Assembly (NCBI GenBank): GCA_963788195.1
Contig: CAWBGA010000015.1
Coordinates: 1 to 59,330 of the forward strand
Direction: 5' to 3'
DNA from: Nitrospirota bacterium
GTDB lineage: Bacteria > Nitrospirota > Nitrospiria > Nitrospirales > NS-4
Length of the DNA stretch: 59,330 nt
Shown here one piece after another: positions 39,465 to 46,830 of the stretch. The position numbers and the translations under genes are program-made. How positions within the stretch are numbered: the first letter of the stretch is position 1; every line of letters starts with the position of its first letter. Below the pieces are notes generated by a model that was given only the letters and a program-made list of their open reading frames with translations, was not told the origin of the DNA and did not search any database.

Positions 39465-40819
39465 GACAGCCTGAGCCGAGGAATGCCAACAAAGTCCCCG
39501 AGGACAGGGTGCCCAGGCGGTGGCGACGATCTGGGTCCGAAGGTAGGGAACACGCCATCGATCGCCGTCGTGAATGCATGAATGCGGCAGTAGGCCTCTG
39601 TAAGCTTCTGGCTTAGGGTCTGCTTCCGAGCAAAGTGAGCTGACCTATGGATCCGATTTCCGCCATCGTTGCAGCGCTGGTTGCAGGGGCCGTAGAAGCC
39701 GCAAGGCCCACGGCCGTTCAGGTCGTCAAGGACGCCTACGAGGGATTCAAGGCGCTGATTGTTCGCAAGTTTTCGAGGTCGTCCACTCCACTCCAGGGAG
39801 TCGAAGAGAGGCCGACCAGCGAATCACGGCAAAGCGCGCTGAAGGAAGAGCTGGCCGACGCTGCCGCCGATCGAGATGCAGAGGTCTCGAGTGCGTTGCA
39901 GAACTTGATCACCACGCTTCGGCAGCACGCACCGCAGAGTGTGGCGCACCTCACGGCGACGCTGAGCGGCGGCATGAACGTGCAGGGCGGCACCTTCCAG
40001 GGCCCGGTCAGCATCGCGGGCGGGAACACCACAATCCAATCGGGGGGCGGCGCAGTGGTTCAAGCGGCCGTGAACACCGGCGGCGGCGCCTTCGTCGGCC
40101 GGGACCAGGTCATCAACAACATCACCCTTCACAGCGTCGATCAGGTGGAGGACCTCGTGGCGGTGCTGAAGGCTTCGATAACACAGTTGGCCTCGAATCC
40201 AGAACCAGACGCGCTCGACGCAATGGCGGTAGTGCTGGATGAGATCTCGAAGCTCTACCAGCTGATTGACACAGAGCTCACTCGGTATCTGAGTCTGAGT
40301 TTCGACGACCCGCAGCAGATGCCGCGCGATCGCGCTGTGCTGGTGAGCCTTGATGGTGGCCAAATCAGCGCACGCGCGATGGAGGCCCGCGGTCACTGCG
40401 AGAAGATCTCCCGTATTTACTCGAGCCGGTTGCGCCCGTGGTTTCAGGCGCGACTCGCCCCGGACGCGATCCGCCAAGTCGAGCACGCCTTCGGCATCCT
40501 CGCCGCCAGCGACGCGGACATGTCATACGCAATCCACCTGCTCGCAGAATGGCTCTCTCAGAAGGCGTCGCAGACTCTCAACTTAGTGGACGCCGGGAAT
40601 ATCACCGACGCGCGCCGGATGGTGAAGGACGCGCGTCTCGACTGCCAGAACATGCGGCAAAAGCTGGCAAGTACTATCAGCACGATGCGGGACATTCAGG
40701 CGGAATTGCTGCGCCTAGCACCCTGACACCCGCTCCTCGCCGGCGCATTGGGTGATGGACTTCGAAGGAATGTCTGAATTGCCGCAGCAGACCCACAGGG
40801 AATGCCGATGCCGCCTAAC
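39459..40819 (+). mobile_element. Integron-type gene cassette 1 (attC truncated after the inverse core)
   Basis: Begins at G|TTAGGCG. The complementary CGCCTAAC lies at 40812-40819, downstream of the single ORF. Confidence 0.65.
39647..40726 (+). CDS. Bell-like N-terminal domain, G/N/Q/V-rich amyloid-like linker and helical C-terminal domain
   Basis: MDPISAIVAALVAGA..VKDAYEGFKALIVRKF, then GGMNVQGGTFQGPVSIAGGNTTIQSGGGAVVQAAVNTGGGAFVGRDQVINN. Confidence 0.6.
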   Translation: MDPISAIVAALVAGAVEAARPTAVQVVKDAYEGFKALIVRKFSRSSTPLQGVEERPTSESRQSALKEELADAAADRDAEVSSALQNLITTLRQHAPQSVAHLTATLSGGMNVQGGTFQGPVSIAGGNTTIQSGGGAVVQAAVNTGGGAFVGRDQVINNITLHSVDQVEDLVAVLKASITQLASNPEPDALDAMAVVLDEISKLYQLIDTELTRYLSLSFDDPQQMPRDRAVLVSLDGGQISARAMEARGHCEKISRIYSSRLRPWFQARLAPDAIRQVEHAFGILAASDADMSYAIHLLAEWLSQKASQTLNLVDAGNITDARRMVKDARLDCQNMRQKLASTISTMRDIQAELLRLAP

Positions 40820-40833
40820 CCCGAAGGGTCCCG

Positions 40834-40887
40834 CTTCCTCAGATTTGACCCTCCTCCCTTGAGGGGAGGGAAGGGTGAGAGGGATTC
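40834..40887. repeat. C-rich/G-rich palindromic repeat; second copy at ~41785-41835
   Basis: CCTCAGATTTGACCCTCCTCCCTTGAGGGGAGGGAAGGGTGAGAGGGAT versus CCTCAGATTTGTCCCTCCCCCTCGAGCAGAAGGGAAGGTGAGGGGGAT. Confidence 0.65.
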
Positions 40888-40932
40888 ATTCTTTAACCGT
40901 TGGCGCGTCAAGGAGTCTCGTAGCATCAGACC

Positions 40933-41044
40933 AACCCTACGTAGTGGGTATCGTTGACAAGTCAGCGAAATCAGTCGAGAATCGCGCGATCGCTTTGCGT
41001 CTACAGGAGCGGGATATCCCAGTCAGCATACTCGTTAGTTAGGC
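40933..41044 (+). promoter_or_regulatory. Pc-attI-like module, copy 2
   Basis: Nearly identical to copy 1. TTGACA 40954-40959. Ends AGTCAGCATACTCGTTA-GTTAGGC (41038-41044). Confidence 0.75.
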
Positions 41045-41619
41045 GCCAGAGATCGTGTCAGATCGACCGATGGAGGAGCCCCGTCATGAAACGAGTACTT
41101 TTGACGGGAATGTCTAGAACCGGCAAATCAACGCTCATTGCGGAACTGGCTGAGCGCGGTTACAAGTCGGTCGACTTGGATGAACCCGGATGGAGCGAGT
41201 ACAACACGGCCGGGGACTGGGCATGGCGAGAGGATAGAGTTTACGAGTTACTCAAGGTCGAGGACAGCGAGATTCTCTTTGTCAGCGGTTGCAGCGAGTC
41301 TCAGACAAGGTTCTACCCGCTGTTCGACCACGTGATTCTTCTCAGTGCACCCGCCGAAATACTCGTCGAGCGTCTGATGACAAGGACGACTAACCAATAC
41401 GGCAAACGCCCTGAAGAACTCGCCGACGTACTGCAGTATCTTGAGACAGTTGAGCCGCTGTTACGCCGGACAGCGAGTCATGAGATTGATGCTAGCGCCC
41501 CCTTGGAAGCCGTCCTTGCAGCTGTCCTTTCTGTAGTTCAACCGTCAAAGTAACTCCGGGGACGCTCGACGTCAAATCGATGGTGAGCTCAACCAAGCTG
41601 GCGTCTAACCCGGCGCTGA
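41039..41619 (+). mobile_element. Integron-type gene cassette 2 (kinase; attC left part only)
   Basis: Start GTTAGGCGCCAG matches the reverse complement of CTGGCGTCTAAC (41598-41609) at 11/12 positions. Followed by CCGGCGCTG, typical of an attC left arm. Confidence 0.7.
41086..41553 (+). CDS. Small P-loop kinase (shikimate/NMP kinase-like), copy A with G11R in the P-loop
   Basis: GGAGG RBS. GMSRTGKS, VILLSAP..LVERL..RTTNQYGK. Confidence 0.85.
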   Translation: MKRVLLTGMSRTGKSTLIAELAERGYKSVDLDEPGWSEYNTAGDWAWREDRVYELLKVEDSEILFVSGCSESQTRFYPLFDHVILLSAPAEILVERLMTRTTNQYGKRPEELADVLQYLETVEPLLRRTASHEIDASAPLEAVLAAVLSVVQPSK

Positions 41620-41714
41620 CTGGATGTCAAAATCTGTCGGGCCTTTTGCATGCGCAAAGCCACAGGGCCACTTCTCGCCGCAACCACCCGTCGGATCGGA
41701 CGTGTCGCCAACAG

Positions 41715-41760
41715 AAAAAGTGGACTGGCTCCATTTCCGGATGGTGACTGTCCCATTTTT
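41715..41760. repeat. GGGGACWGGC hairpin, copy 2 (degenerate)
   Basis: AAAAAGTGGACTGGCTCCATTTCCGGATGGTGACTGTCCCATTTTT. Confidence 0.75.
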
Positions 41761-41871
41761 GGTTTCAGAGGAGTCGGAGACCAGCTCCTCAGATTTGTCC
41801 CTCCCCCTCGAGCAGAAGGGAAGGTGAGGGGGATCATCGCCGAAGCCCATGCAGGGTTATGCAAAGGAACG

Positions 41872-42092
41872 TGTCAGACTTCTTGACAGTTGGGACCCCG
41901 CACTCAAAAGCGTCTTCTTCCCCTAGCCCGAGGATTCTTGTCACTTTTCTTATACATACAGGCCATCTTAAGTAATAAGTAGATGTAACCAAAATAGACA
42001 CCGCACCGAGACTCGGGAAAGATGTCCCAGAGCAAAATGGTATCGAATTCAATTGCTTATCGGATCGACTTTGGGATGGCATCTCCTTTGCT
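41872..42092 (+). promoter_or_regulatory. Sigma54 promoter with TGT-N11-ACA enhancer boxes (PEP-CTERM box)
   Basis: TGTCAGACTTCTTGACA (41872-41888), TGTAACCAAAATAGACA (41984-42000), and -24/-12 TGGCATCTCCTTTGCT (42077-42092). Confidence 0.8.
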
Positions 42093-42150
42093 GTTTTGCA
42101 CGGTGGATTGTTCGATTTGTGTGCTCAAACTAGAGACCCAGGAGGTCCTC

Positions 42151-43029
42151 ATGGACAAACTTCGGAGACCCAAACTGAATGGATTGCTTGCAAGCCTGGT
42201 GGCTATTGTGTTGGTCATGACCACTGCGCCTGCAACGGTACAAGCCGCCCCGTGTCTTGCAAGTGGCGACCCTACCGTTGTTCAAGGGGCGACTGTTGCC
42301 ACCTTCGAGGCTCTCGGAATTGATCCAGCGGTGACCTGTATCGAGAATTCTCTTTGGGCCGATCCTGCAGGGTTTACGCTTGGCAACTTTGTCACGGGGG
42401 CGAACGGCCAGGGCGGGACGCCTGACCCAAACGTTCTTGGGTTCAATGGCGCGACCACCCCTGTAGGGAATGGAAATGCTCGGGATTTCTTCTGGCTCCA
42501 GGATACTCTGAACGGTACAGTTTTTCCCGGAAGCCCTGATCTTATCGGTCCCATTACCGGTGGCAGGCCCTCACAAGGATTGATCTGGGATCTTGGCGGA
42601 CCTGCCAACCAGGCGGTGGTATTCGTTCAGGTCGACCATGGCCCGATTCCACAGGAGATCTTAGAGAACACGGCTTGGCTTGGTTCCAGCGCCAACACGA
42701 CACTTGACAGTGCCTGGACCCAGGCGTTTCTGGACCACGTCTATCTTCAGGGGTGGTCCCCTACGCTGAGTCATATCGCTGATGGCTTCGTGGCTGTCTA
42801 TAGATTACCTGGCGGGCAAACTTTCCAATTCGTCTCAGTAACCCACGGCGGCCCGGGAGCCATATTTCGTGATGGAGACAACGAAATCGACGCAGTAGGA
42901 GGGCTAAACGTGGCCGGTGGTTGTGTCACATGTGTCGTTGATGGTGTTGTCCCGGAACCTGCGACACTGCTTTTACTCGGCACAGGCTTGGGCGGTTTGT
43001 TCCTTTTGCGCCGTCGTAAGCAGGTCTGA
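42151..43029 (+). CDS. PEP-CTERM sorting-domain protein
   Basis: AGGAGG RBS, signal peptide (..VQA-AP), C-terminal VPEPATLLLLGTGLGGLFLLRRRK. Confidence 0.92.
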   Translation: MDKLRRPKLNGLLASLVAIVLVMTTAPATVQAAPCLASGDPTVVQGATVATFEALGIDPAVTCIENSLWADPAGFTLGNFVTGANGQGGTPDPNVLGFNGATTPVGNGNARDFFWLQDTLNGTVFPGSPDLIGPITGGRPSQGLIWDLGGPANQAVVFVQVDHGPIPQEILENTAWLGSSANTTLDSAWTQAFLDHVYLQGWSPTLSHIADGFVAVYRLPGGQTFQFVSVTHGGPGAIFRDGDNEIDAVGGLNVAGGCVTCVVDGVVPEPATLLLLGTGLGGLFLLRRRKQV

Positions 43030-43054
43030 TTCTATTTAGTCGTTCTTTGCCTTC

Positions 43055-43090
43055 GAAACGCCAACCCCAGGATTTTAGGGTTGGCGTTTC
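43055..43090 (+). terminator. 13-bp perfect stem-loop after the PEP-CTERM gene
   Basis: GAAACGCCAACCC-N10-GGGTTGGCGTTTC. No strong U-tract, so terminator function is uncertain. Confidence 0.5.
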
Positions 43091-43273
43091 TCCACACCTG
43101 TCGGCGAACAACCCTGCTGTGCTCGCGCTCCGCTCGGAAGCAAGCAAGTCGCGCTGCGCTCCGCCATGAGGAAAGGGACGCGTCTTGGCGCGTCTAGGGT
43201 GGGCGGGTGGAAAAGACACCCCGTTCGCCGCCACCATCGGATCGGGCGTGTCGCTAACAGAAAAAGGGGACTG

Positions 43274-44337
43274 GGTGCATTCAAGTTCCTAGTGCAACAG
43301 TTCACGAAAGGCATGTGCGGGGCTATGCCAGTTCAACACTTTACGTGGCCGGTCGTTAAACATTGCCTGGACGCGCTTGATGTGGGCGCGCGAGAGCTGA
43401 GTGAAGCGCGTGCCCTTGGGGAAGAACTGGCGCAACAGCCCATTGGTGTTCTCATTGGTCCCGCGCTCCCAGGGCGAACACGGATGCGCGAAGTAGACCT
43501 GCATCTTCGTCTGCGCGGTAAAGAGCCGGTGCTCGCGCATTTCTTGGCCTTGGTCATAGGTCAGCGAGCGCCGCAACTGCGCCGGCAGTGTACGCAGCTC
43601 TCGGGTAAAGGCGCGCCGAACCGCGGCGGCCCCCTTCTCTTTGAGTGGCACGAGCACGGTAAAGCGGGTGGTGCGTTCCACCAGCGTGCCGAGCGCCGAG
43701 GCGTTGGCATGGCCGACGAGCAAGTCACCCTCCCAGTGCCCCGGCACCGTGCGATCCGCGACTTCAGCCGGGCGCTCCTCGATGCTGGTGAAGTCCTGAA
43801 TCGGCCGCGAGGACAGGCGCCGTTTGTGGGGGCGACGAAACCGATGCCGCCGGCGCAGGTACAGAATGAGTTCTCGCTTAAGCGCGCCGCGGGGCAGCAC
43901 GTACAGATATGTGTAGATGGCTTCGTGCGAGATCCGCATGGCCGGCGTTTCAGGATACCGCTGCGGCAAGGCGCGCGCAATCTGCTCGGGGGACCAGCGC
44001 TGCGCAAGCAAGGTGAACACCGCTTGCCGCAAGGCCGGCTGGATGGCGAGCTTACGCGGCTTGCGCGGGACGTGCGCCCAGCGGGACGCGCGTGTGTGCG
44101 CCCGCACCGCGCGGTAGGTCACGCGCGAGCGGTAGTGGCGGGCCAACTCGCGCGACACCGTGCTCGGGGCGCGCCCCAACGCGCGGGCGGCCGCTCGAGC
44201 CGTATGGCCGGCGACAAACAGGCGACTCAACTCCTCGCGTTCCACGAGCGTCAACCGTCGATACTGCGACATGGTGCAACTCCTTTGTTCCTGGATGCAC
44301 CAGGATACAGGCGTTGCACTAGGACCTTGAGGCCAAC
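43274..44337 (-). mobile_element. IS30-family insertion sequence (1064 bp) inserted in hairpin copy 3
   Basis: Inverted repeats GGTGCATTCAAGTTCCTAGTGCAAC and GTTGCACTAGGACCTTGAGGCCAAC. CTG is duplicated on both sides (43271-43273, 44338-44340). Confidence 0.9.
43289..44272 (-). CDS. IS30 family transposase
   Basis: LGRAPSTVSREL HTH, WSPEQI, SHEAIY, GHWEGD, TYDQGQE, PWERGTNENTNGLLRQFFPKG. Start at MSQYRR. Confidence 0.96.
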   Translation of the reverse strand: MSQYRRLTLVEREELSRLFVAGHTARAAARALGRAPSTVSRELARHYRSRVTYRAVRAHTRASRWAHVPRKPRKLAIQPALRQAVFTLLAQRWSPEQIARALPQRYPETPAMRISHEAIYTYLYVLPRGALKRELILYLRRRHRFRRPHKRRLSSRPIQDFTSIEERPAEVADRTVPGHWEGDLLVGHANASALGTLVERTTRFTVLVPLKEKGAAAVRRAFTRELRTLPAQLRRSLTYDQGQEMREHRLFTAQTKMQVYFAHPCSPWERGTNENTNGLLRQFFPKGTRFTQLSRAHIKRVQAMFNDRPRKVLNWHSPAHAFRELLH

Positions 44338-44403
44338 CTGGCTCCATTTCCGATGGTGCCTGTCCCCTTTCTGGGTTCACGGATTGTTCAGGAGTTTCTG
44401 TCC

Positions 44404-44441
44404 CGCGAAAACAGCGCGTGCCGGTTAGCGCAACGTTAGGC
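44404..44441 (+). other. Right half of an attC site preceding the second kinase cassette copy
   Basis: CGCGAAAACAGCGCGTGCCGGTTAGCGCAAC-GTTAGGC (core site 44435-44441). Confidence 0.6.
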
Positions 44442-44988
44442 GCCAGAGATCGTGTCAGACCGACCGATGGAGGAGCCACGCCATGAAACGAGTACTTTTG
44501 ACGGGAATGTCTGGAACCGGCAAATCAACGCTCATTGCGGAACTGGCTGAGCGCGGTTACAAGTCGGTCGACTTGGATGAACCCGGATGGAGCGAGTACA
44601 ACACGGCCGGGGACTGGGCATGGCGAGAGGATAGAGTTTACGAGTTACTCAAGGTCGAGGACAGCGAGATTCTCTTTGTCAGCGGTTGCAGCGAGTCTCA
44701 GACAAGGTTCTACCCGCTGTTCGACCACGTGATTCTTCTCAGTGCACCCGCCGAAATACTCGTCGAGCGTCTGATGACAAGGACGACTAACCAATACGGC
44801 AAACGCCCTGAAGAACTCGCCGACGTACTGCAGTATCTTGAGACAGTTGAGCCGCTGTTACGCCGGACAGCGAGTCATGAGATTGATGCTAGCGCCCCCT
44901 TGGGAGCCGTCCTTGCAGCTGTCCTTTCTGTAGTTCAACCGTCAAAGTAACTCCGGGGACGCTCGACGCCAAATCGGGTGGTTAGCTC
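44435..44988 (+). repeat. Near-identical duplicate of cassette 2 (41038-41590)
   Basis: Identity begins exactly at the GTT core. Only a few substitutions; two amino-acid differences are visible. Confidence 0.92.
44483..44950 (+). CDS. Small P-loop kinase, copy B with intact GMSGTGKS
   Basis: 155 aa, near-identical to 41086-41553. Confidence 0.88.
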   Translation: MKRVLLTGMSGTGKSTLIAELAERGYKSVDLDEPGWSEYNTAGDWAWREDRVYELLKVEDSEILFVSGCSESQTRFYPLFDHVILLSAPAEILVERLMTRTTNQYGKRPEELADVLQYLETVEPLLRRTASHEIDASAPLGAVLAAVLSVVQPSK

Positions 44989-45035
44989 CCAGTTCCTTTT
45001 TGCTCCCAGTCTTGAAGACAGGTCGAATGTCGGTG

Positions 45036-45068
45036 TTGACCTAACGCCTCATTTCGACTACAATGTCG
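45036..45068 (+). promoter_or_regulatory. TA operon promoter with a short inverted repeat around the -10
   Basis: TTGACC-N17-TACAAT; CGAC-TACAAT-GTCG. Confidence 0.55.
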
Positions 45069-45100
45069 TCAAGATCCCGGAATCAGCTAGAGACCACCTT

Positions 45101-45379
45101 ATGGCAAGAGCAGCTAGGAAAGTGACGCACTCCCCGGTTTCAGTCAGATTCGGCAAAGGCGACAGAACAATGATCCTGATGCTTCGCGCCAGAGCACATG
45201 CAAACAAACGCTCGATCTCTGATCAAATGAAATACTTTGCCTATCTGGGTATGATCGGAAAAGACAACCCCGACCTGCCAATGAGTTTTATTGAGGGAAT
45301 CTTGGAGGGGTTAGGAGAGAGCCGAGCTGGACTAGCTGCGCCGTACCAGTGGGGCCGGATCGTTGAGCAAGAGGGCTGA
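45101..45379 (+). CDS. ParD-like antitoxin
   Basis: SVRF...RSISDQMKYFAYLG..DNPDLPMSFI. Overlaps the toxin start. Confidence 0.75.
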   Translation: MARAARKVTHSPVSVRFGKGDRTMILMLRARAHANKRSISDQMKYFAYLGMIGKDNPDLPMSFIEGILEGLGESRAGLAAPYQWGRIVEQEG

Positions 45380-45668
45380 ACGAAGTGTCCAAGAGGTTCC
45401 CAGATTCCGCAAAGCAAAGCGCCGACTGATTGGAGCGGTTCAGGACGCCGTTGACGAACAAGTGCGAGGCCTCCTCGATAATCCTCTTCTGGGAGAGCCC
45501 AAGGTCGGAGCGCTCAAAGACGTTCGAGTTATAAAGTTCAGAGTCGGTCCCCACCAGTACCTTCTGGCATATCAATTTTTCACCAAACTGAATGTCATTG
45601 AGGTATTGGATGTTGGCGTCCACGAGAATTTCTACAAAGGGCTCCAGCAATATCTCAAATCAAGGTAA
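45363..45668 (+). CDS. RelE/ParE-like toxin
   Basis: NPLLGEPKVGALKDVRVIKF, YLLAY, VGVHENFY. Confidence 0.85.
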   Translation: MSKRAERSVQEVPRFRKAKRRLIGAVQDAVDEQVRGLLDNPLLGEPKVGALKDVRVIKFRVGPHQYLLAYQFFTKLNVIEVLDVGVHENFYKGLQQYLKSR

Positions 45669-45798
45669 AAGCTCTAACTGGGATCAAACGGGTCCTGCCG
45701 CCGGTGTCCCCCACCGGCTTCGGCTGCGAAGACTGGCCTCTAGGCGGTGGTGAGCCCCTCCCGGCGTCACCCGTTTGAACCAGCTTCTCGCTAAATTG

Positions 45799-45837
45799 AA
45801 AAAGGGGACAGGCACGTAGCGAGCCAGTCCCCTTTTT
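45799..45837. repeat. GGGGACWGGC hairpin, copy 4 (arms in the opposite order to copy 1)
   Basis: AAAAAGGGGACAGGC-N9-GCCAGTCCCCTTTTT. Confidence 0.85.
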
Positions 45838-45883
45838 GGTCTTCCGAGTCTTGGAGGGCCTCGGTCCCTGCCATCCTCTGCGC

Positions 45884-45980
45884 TGTGGGGTTCGTTGACA
45901 AGTCAGTGAAATCGGTCGAGAATCGCGCGATCGCTCCCAGTCTAGCAGGAGTGACCGGTCAGCATACTCAATAGTTAGCC
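45884..45980 (+). promoter_or_regulatory. Pc-attI-like module, copy 3 (diverged)
   Basis: TTGACA 45895-45900, GAGAAT 45918-45923, ATCGCGCGAT. Ends GGTCAGCATACTCAATA-GTTAGCC (45974-45980). Confidence 0.75.
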
Positions 45981-46008
45981 GACTTGAACGGTCCATCACG
46001 AGGTGGCC

Positions 46009-46593
46009 ATGATCGAACTGCTTCTTCTGCTGAAAAAGGCGCTTCTCAGTGCTGGGCTGCGCAAGACAGTGGATCTAGTGCCTGCGCTGCGTGCAGAAGA
46101 TCCTCAGGTAATAAAGAAGAAGTACCACATCGACATCATCGCCAAGCTGAAGGCAAAGTATCCGGACACGCCTGCTGGAGAAGCGGACGCGCGGACGAAA
46201 TACAGTGTGATCAAGAACTCCCATCTGAAGGAACATGCGCGCTGGTATAAGTACCGCGCCCAAATGCTTTGGGGAAAACCGACCCAGCGGGACCGATTCA
46301 GGTCAGCATGGCTGTACGTCACGGCGGCCAGTCTTTACGAACAGTCTGACGACGCCCGAGAGGCTTCCGATCAATACCATTTCGCAGCAAACTCCTTTCG
46401 GGAACTCGAAGCCTTCCGAGCGTCCATTGACTACTATATCAAGGCAAGCGAATTGGGCTCCGGGCAATGGGTCCTACGGTGCCTCCAACGAGCACTCGGC
46501 GTTGCTCGCGTCGCTGGCGACGAAGATGAGGAAAACAAAATCCGTCTGAAGATTTCTGCGTGGAGGGAATTCCAAAAGCCGAAAGCCGGCTAA
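46009..46593 (+). CDS. Cassette-borne helical (TPR/SNAP-like) hypothetical protein
   Basis: GAGGTGG RBS. Motifs AASLYE, AANSFRE, YYIKASE. The stop codon lies inside the attC inverse core. Confidence 0.65.
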   Translation: MIELLLLLKKALLSAGLRKTVDLVPALRAEDPQVIKKKYHIDIIAKLKAKYPDTPAGEADARTKYSVIKNSHLKEHARWYKYRAQMLWGKPTQRDRFRSAWLYVTAASLYEQSDDAREASDQYHFAANSFRELEAFRASIDYYIKASELGSGQWVLRCLQRALGVARVAGDEDEENKIRLKISAWREFQKPKAG

Positions 46594-46645
46594 CCCTTCG
46601 TTACAGCGGACTGCCTTCGGCAGCCGCTGAACTCTAACGTTACGA
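46588..46645 (+). other. Complete 58-bp attC site closing cassette 3
   Basis: GGCTAAC-CCTTC-GTTACAGCGGACTGCC-TTCG-GCAGCCGCTGAAC-TCTAAC-GTTACGA. GGCTAAC is the exact complement of the cassette's 5' GTTAGCC. Confidence 0.85.
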
Positions 46646-46790
46646 CGGTTCCGAGTTCAAACCGGCATCTGCGGGATCTAGATCACGTCTGAAGGGGCCA
46701 CTCTTTCAGGGCTAACTTCTCGCGAGATCGTAAACCAGCGGCGGACCCCGTCCCCGAGGTCACCCCTTTCAGATCGGTTATTCGCAGAGT

Positions 46791-46830
46791 GAAAAGCGAA
46801 CAGGTGACTTTTAAGCCTGTCCCTTTTTGG
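46791..46830. repeat. GGGGACWGGC hairpin, copy 5 (decayed)
   Basis: GAAAAGCGAACAGG...GCCTGTCCCTTTTTGG. The downstream flank resembles that of copy 4. Confidence 0.55.

Noticed and set aside
43166..44428. 420-aa plus-strand ORF across the IS30
   Set aside because: It is the antisense shadow of the transposase and crosses both IS ends.
44273..44479. N-terminal extension of the IS30 transposase ORF
   Set aside because: It runs through the terminal inverted repeat into flanking DNA; the true start is MSQYRR at 44272.
44981..45677. TA pair as a true attC-bounded cassette (GTTAGCT ... CTCTAAC)
   Set aside because: The core and inverse core do not match, no attC hairpin follows, and GTTAGCT aligns with GTGAGCT in the other kinase copy.
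39352..45980. Repeated modules read as a CRISPR array or an ncRNA family
   Set aside because: The repeats are ~110 bp, kilobases apart and separated by whole genes, and there are no cas genes. The promoter and core-site structure explains them better, though an RNA role is not formally excluded.
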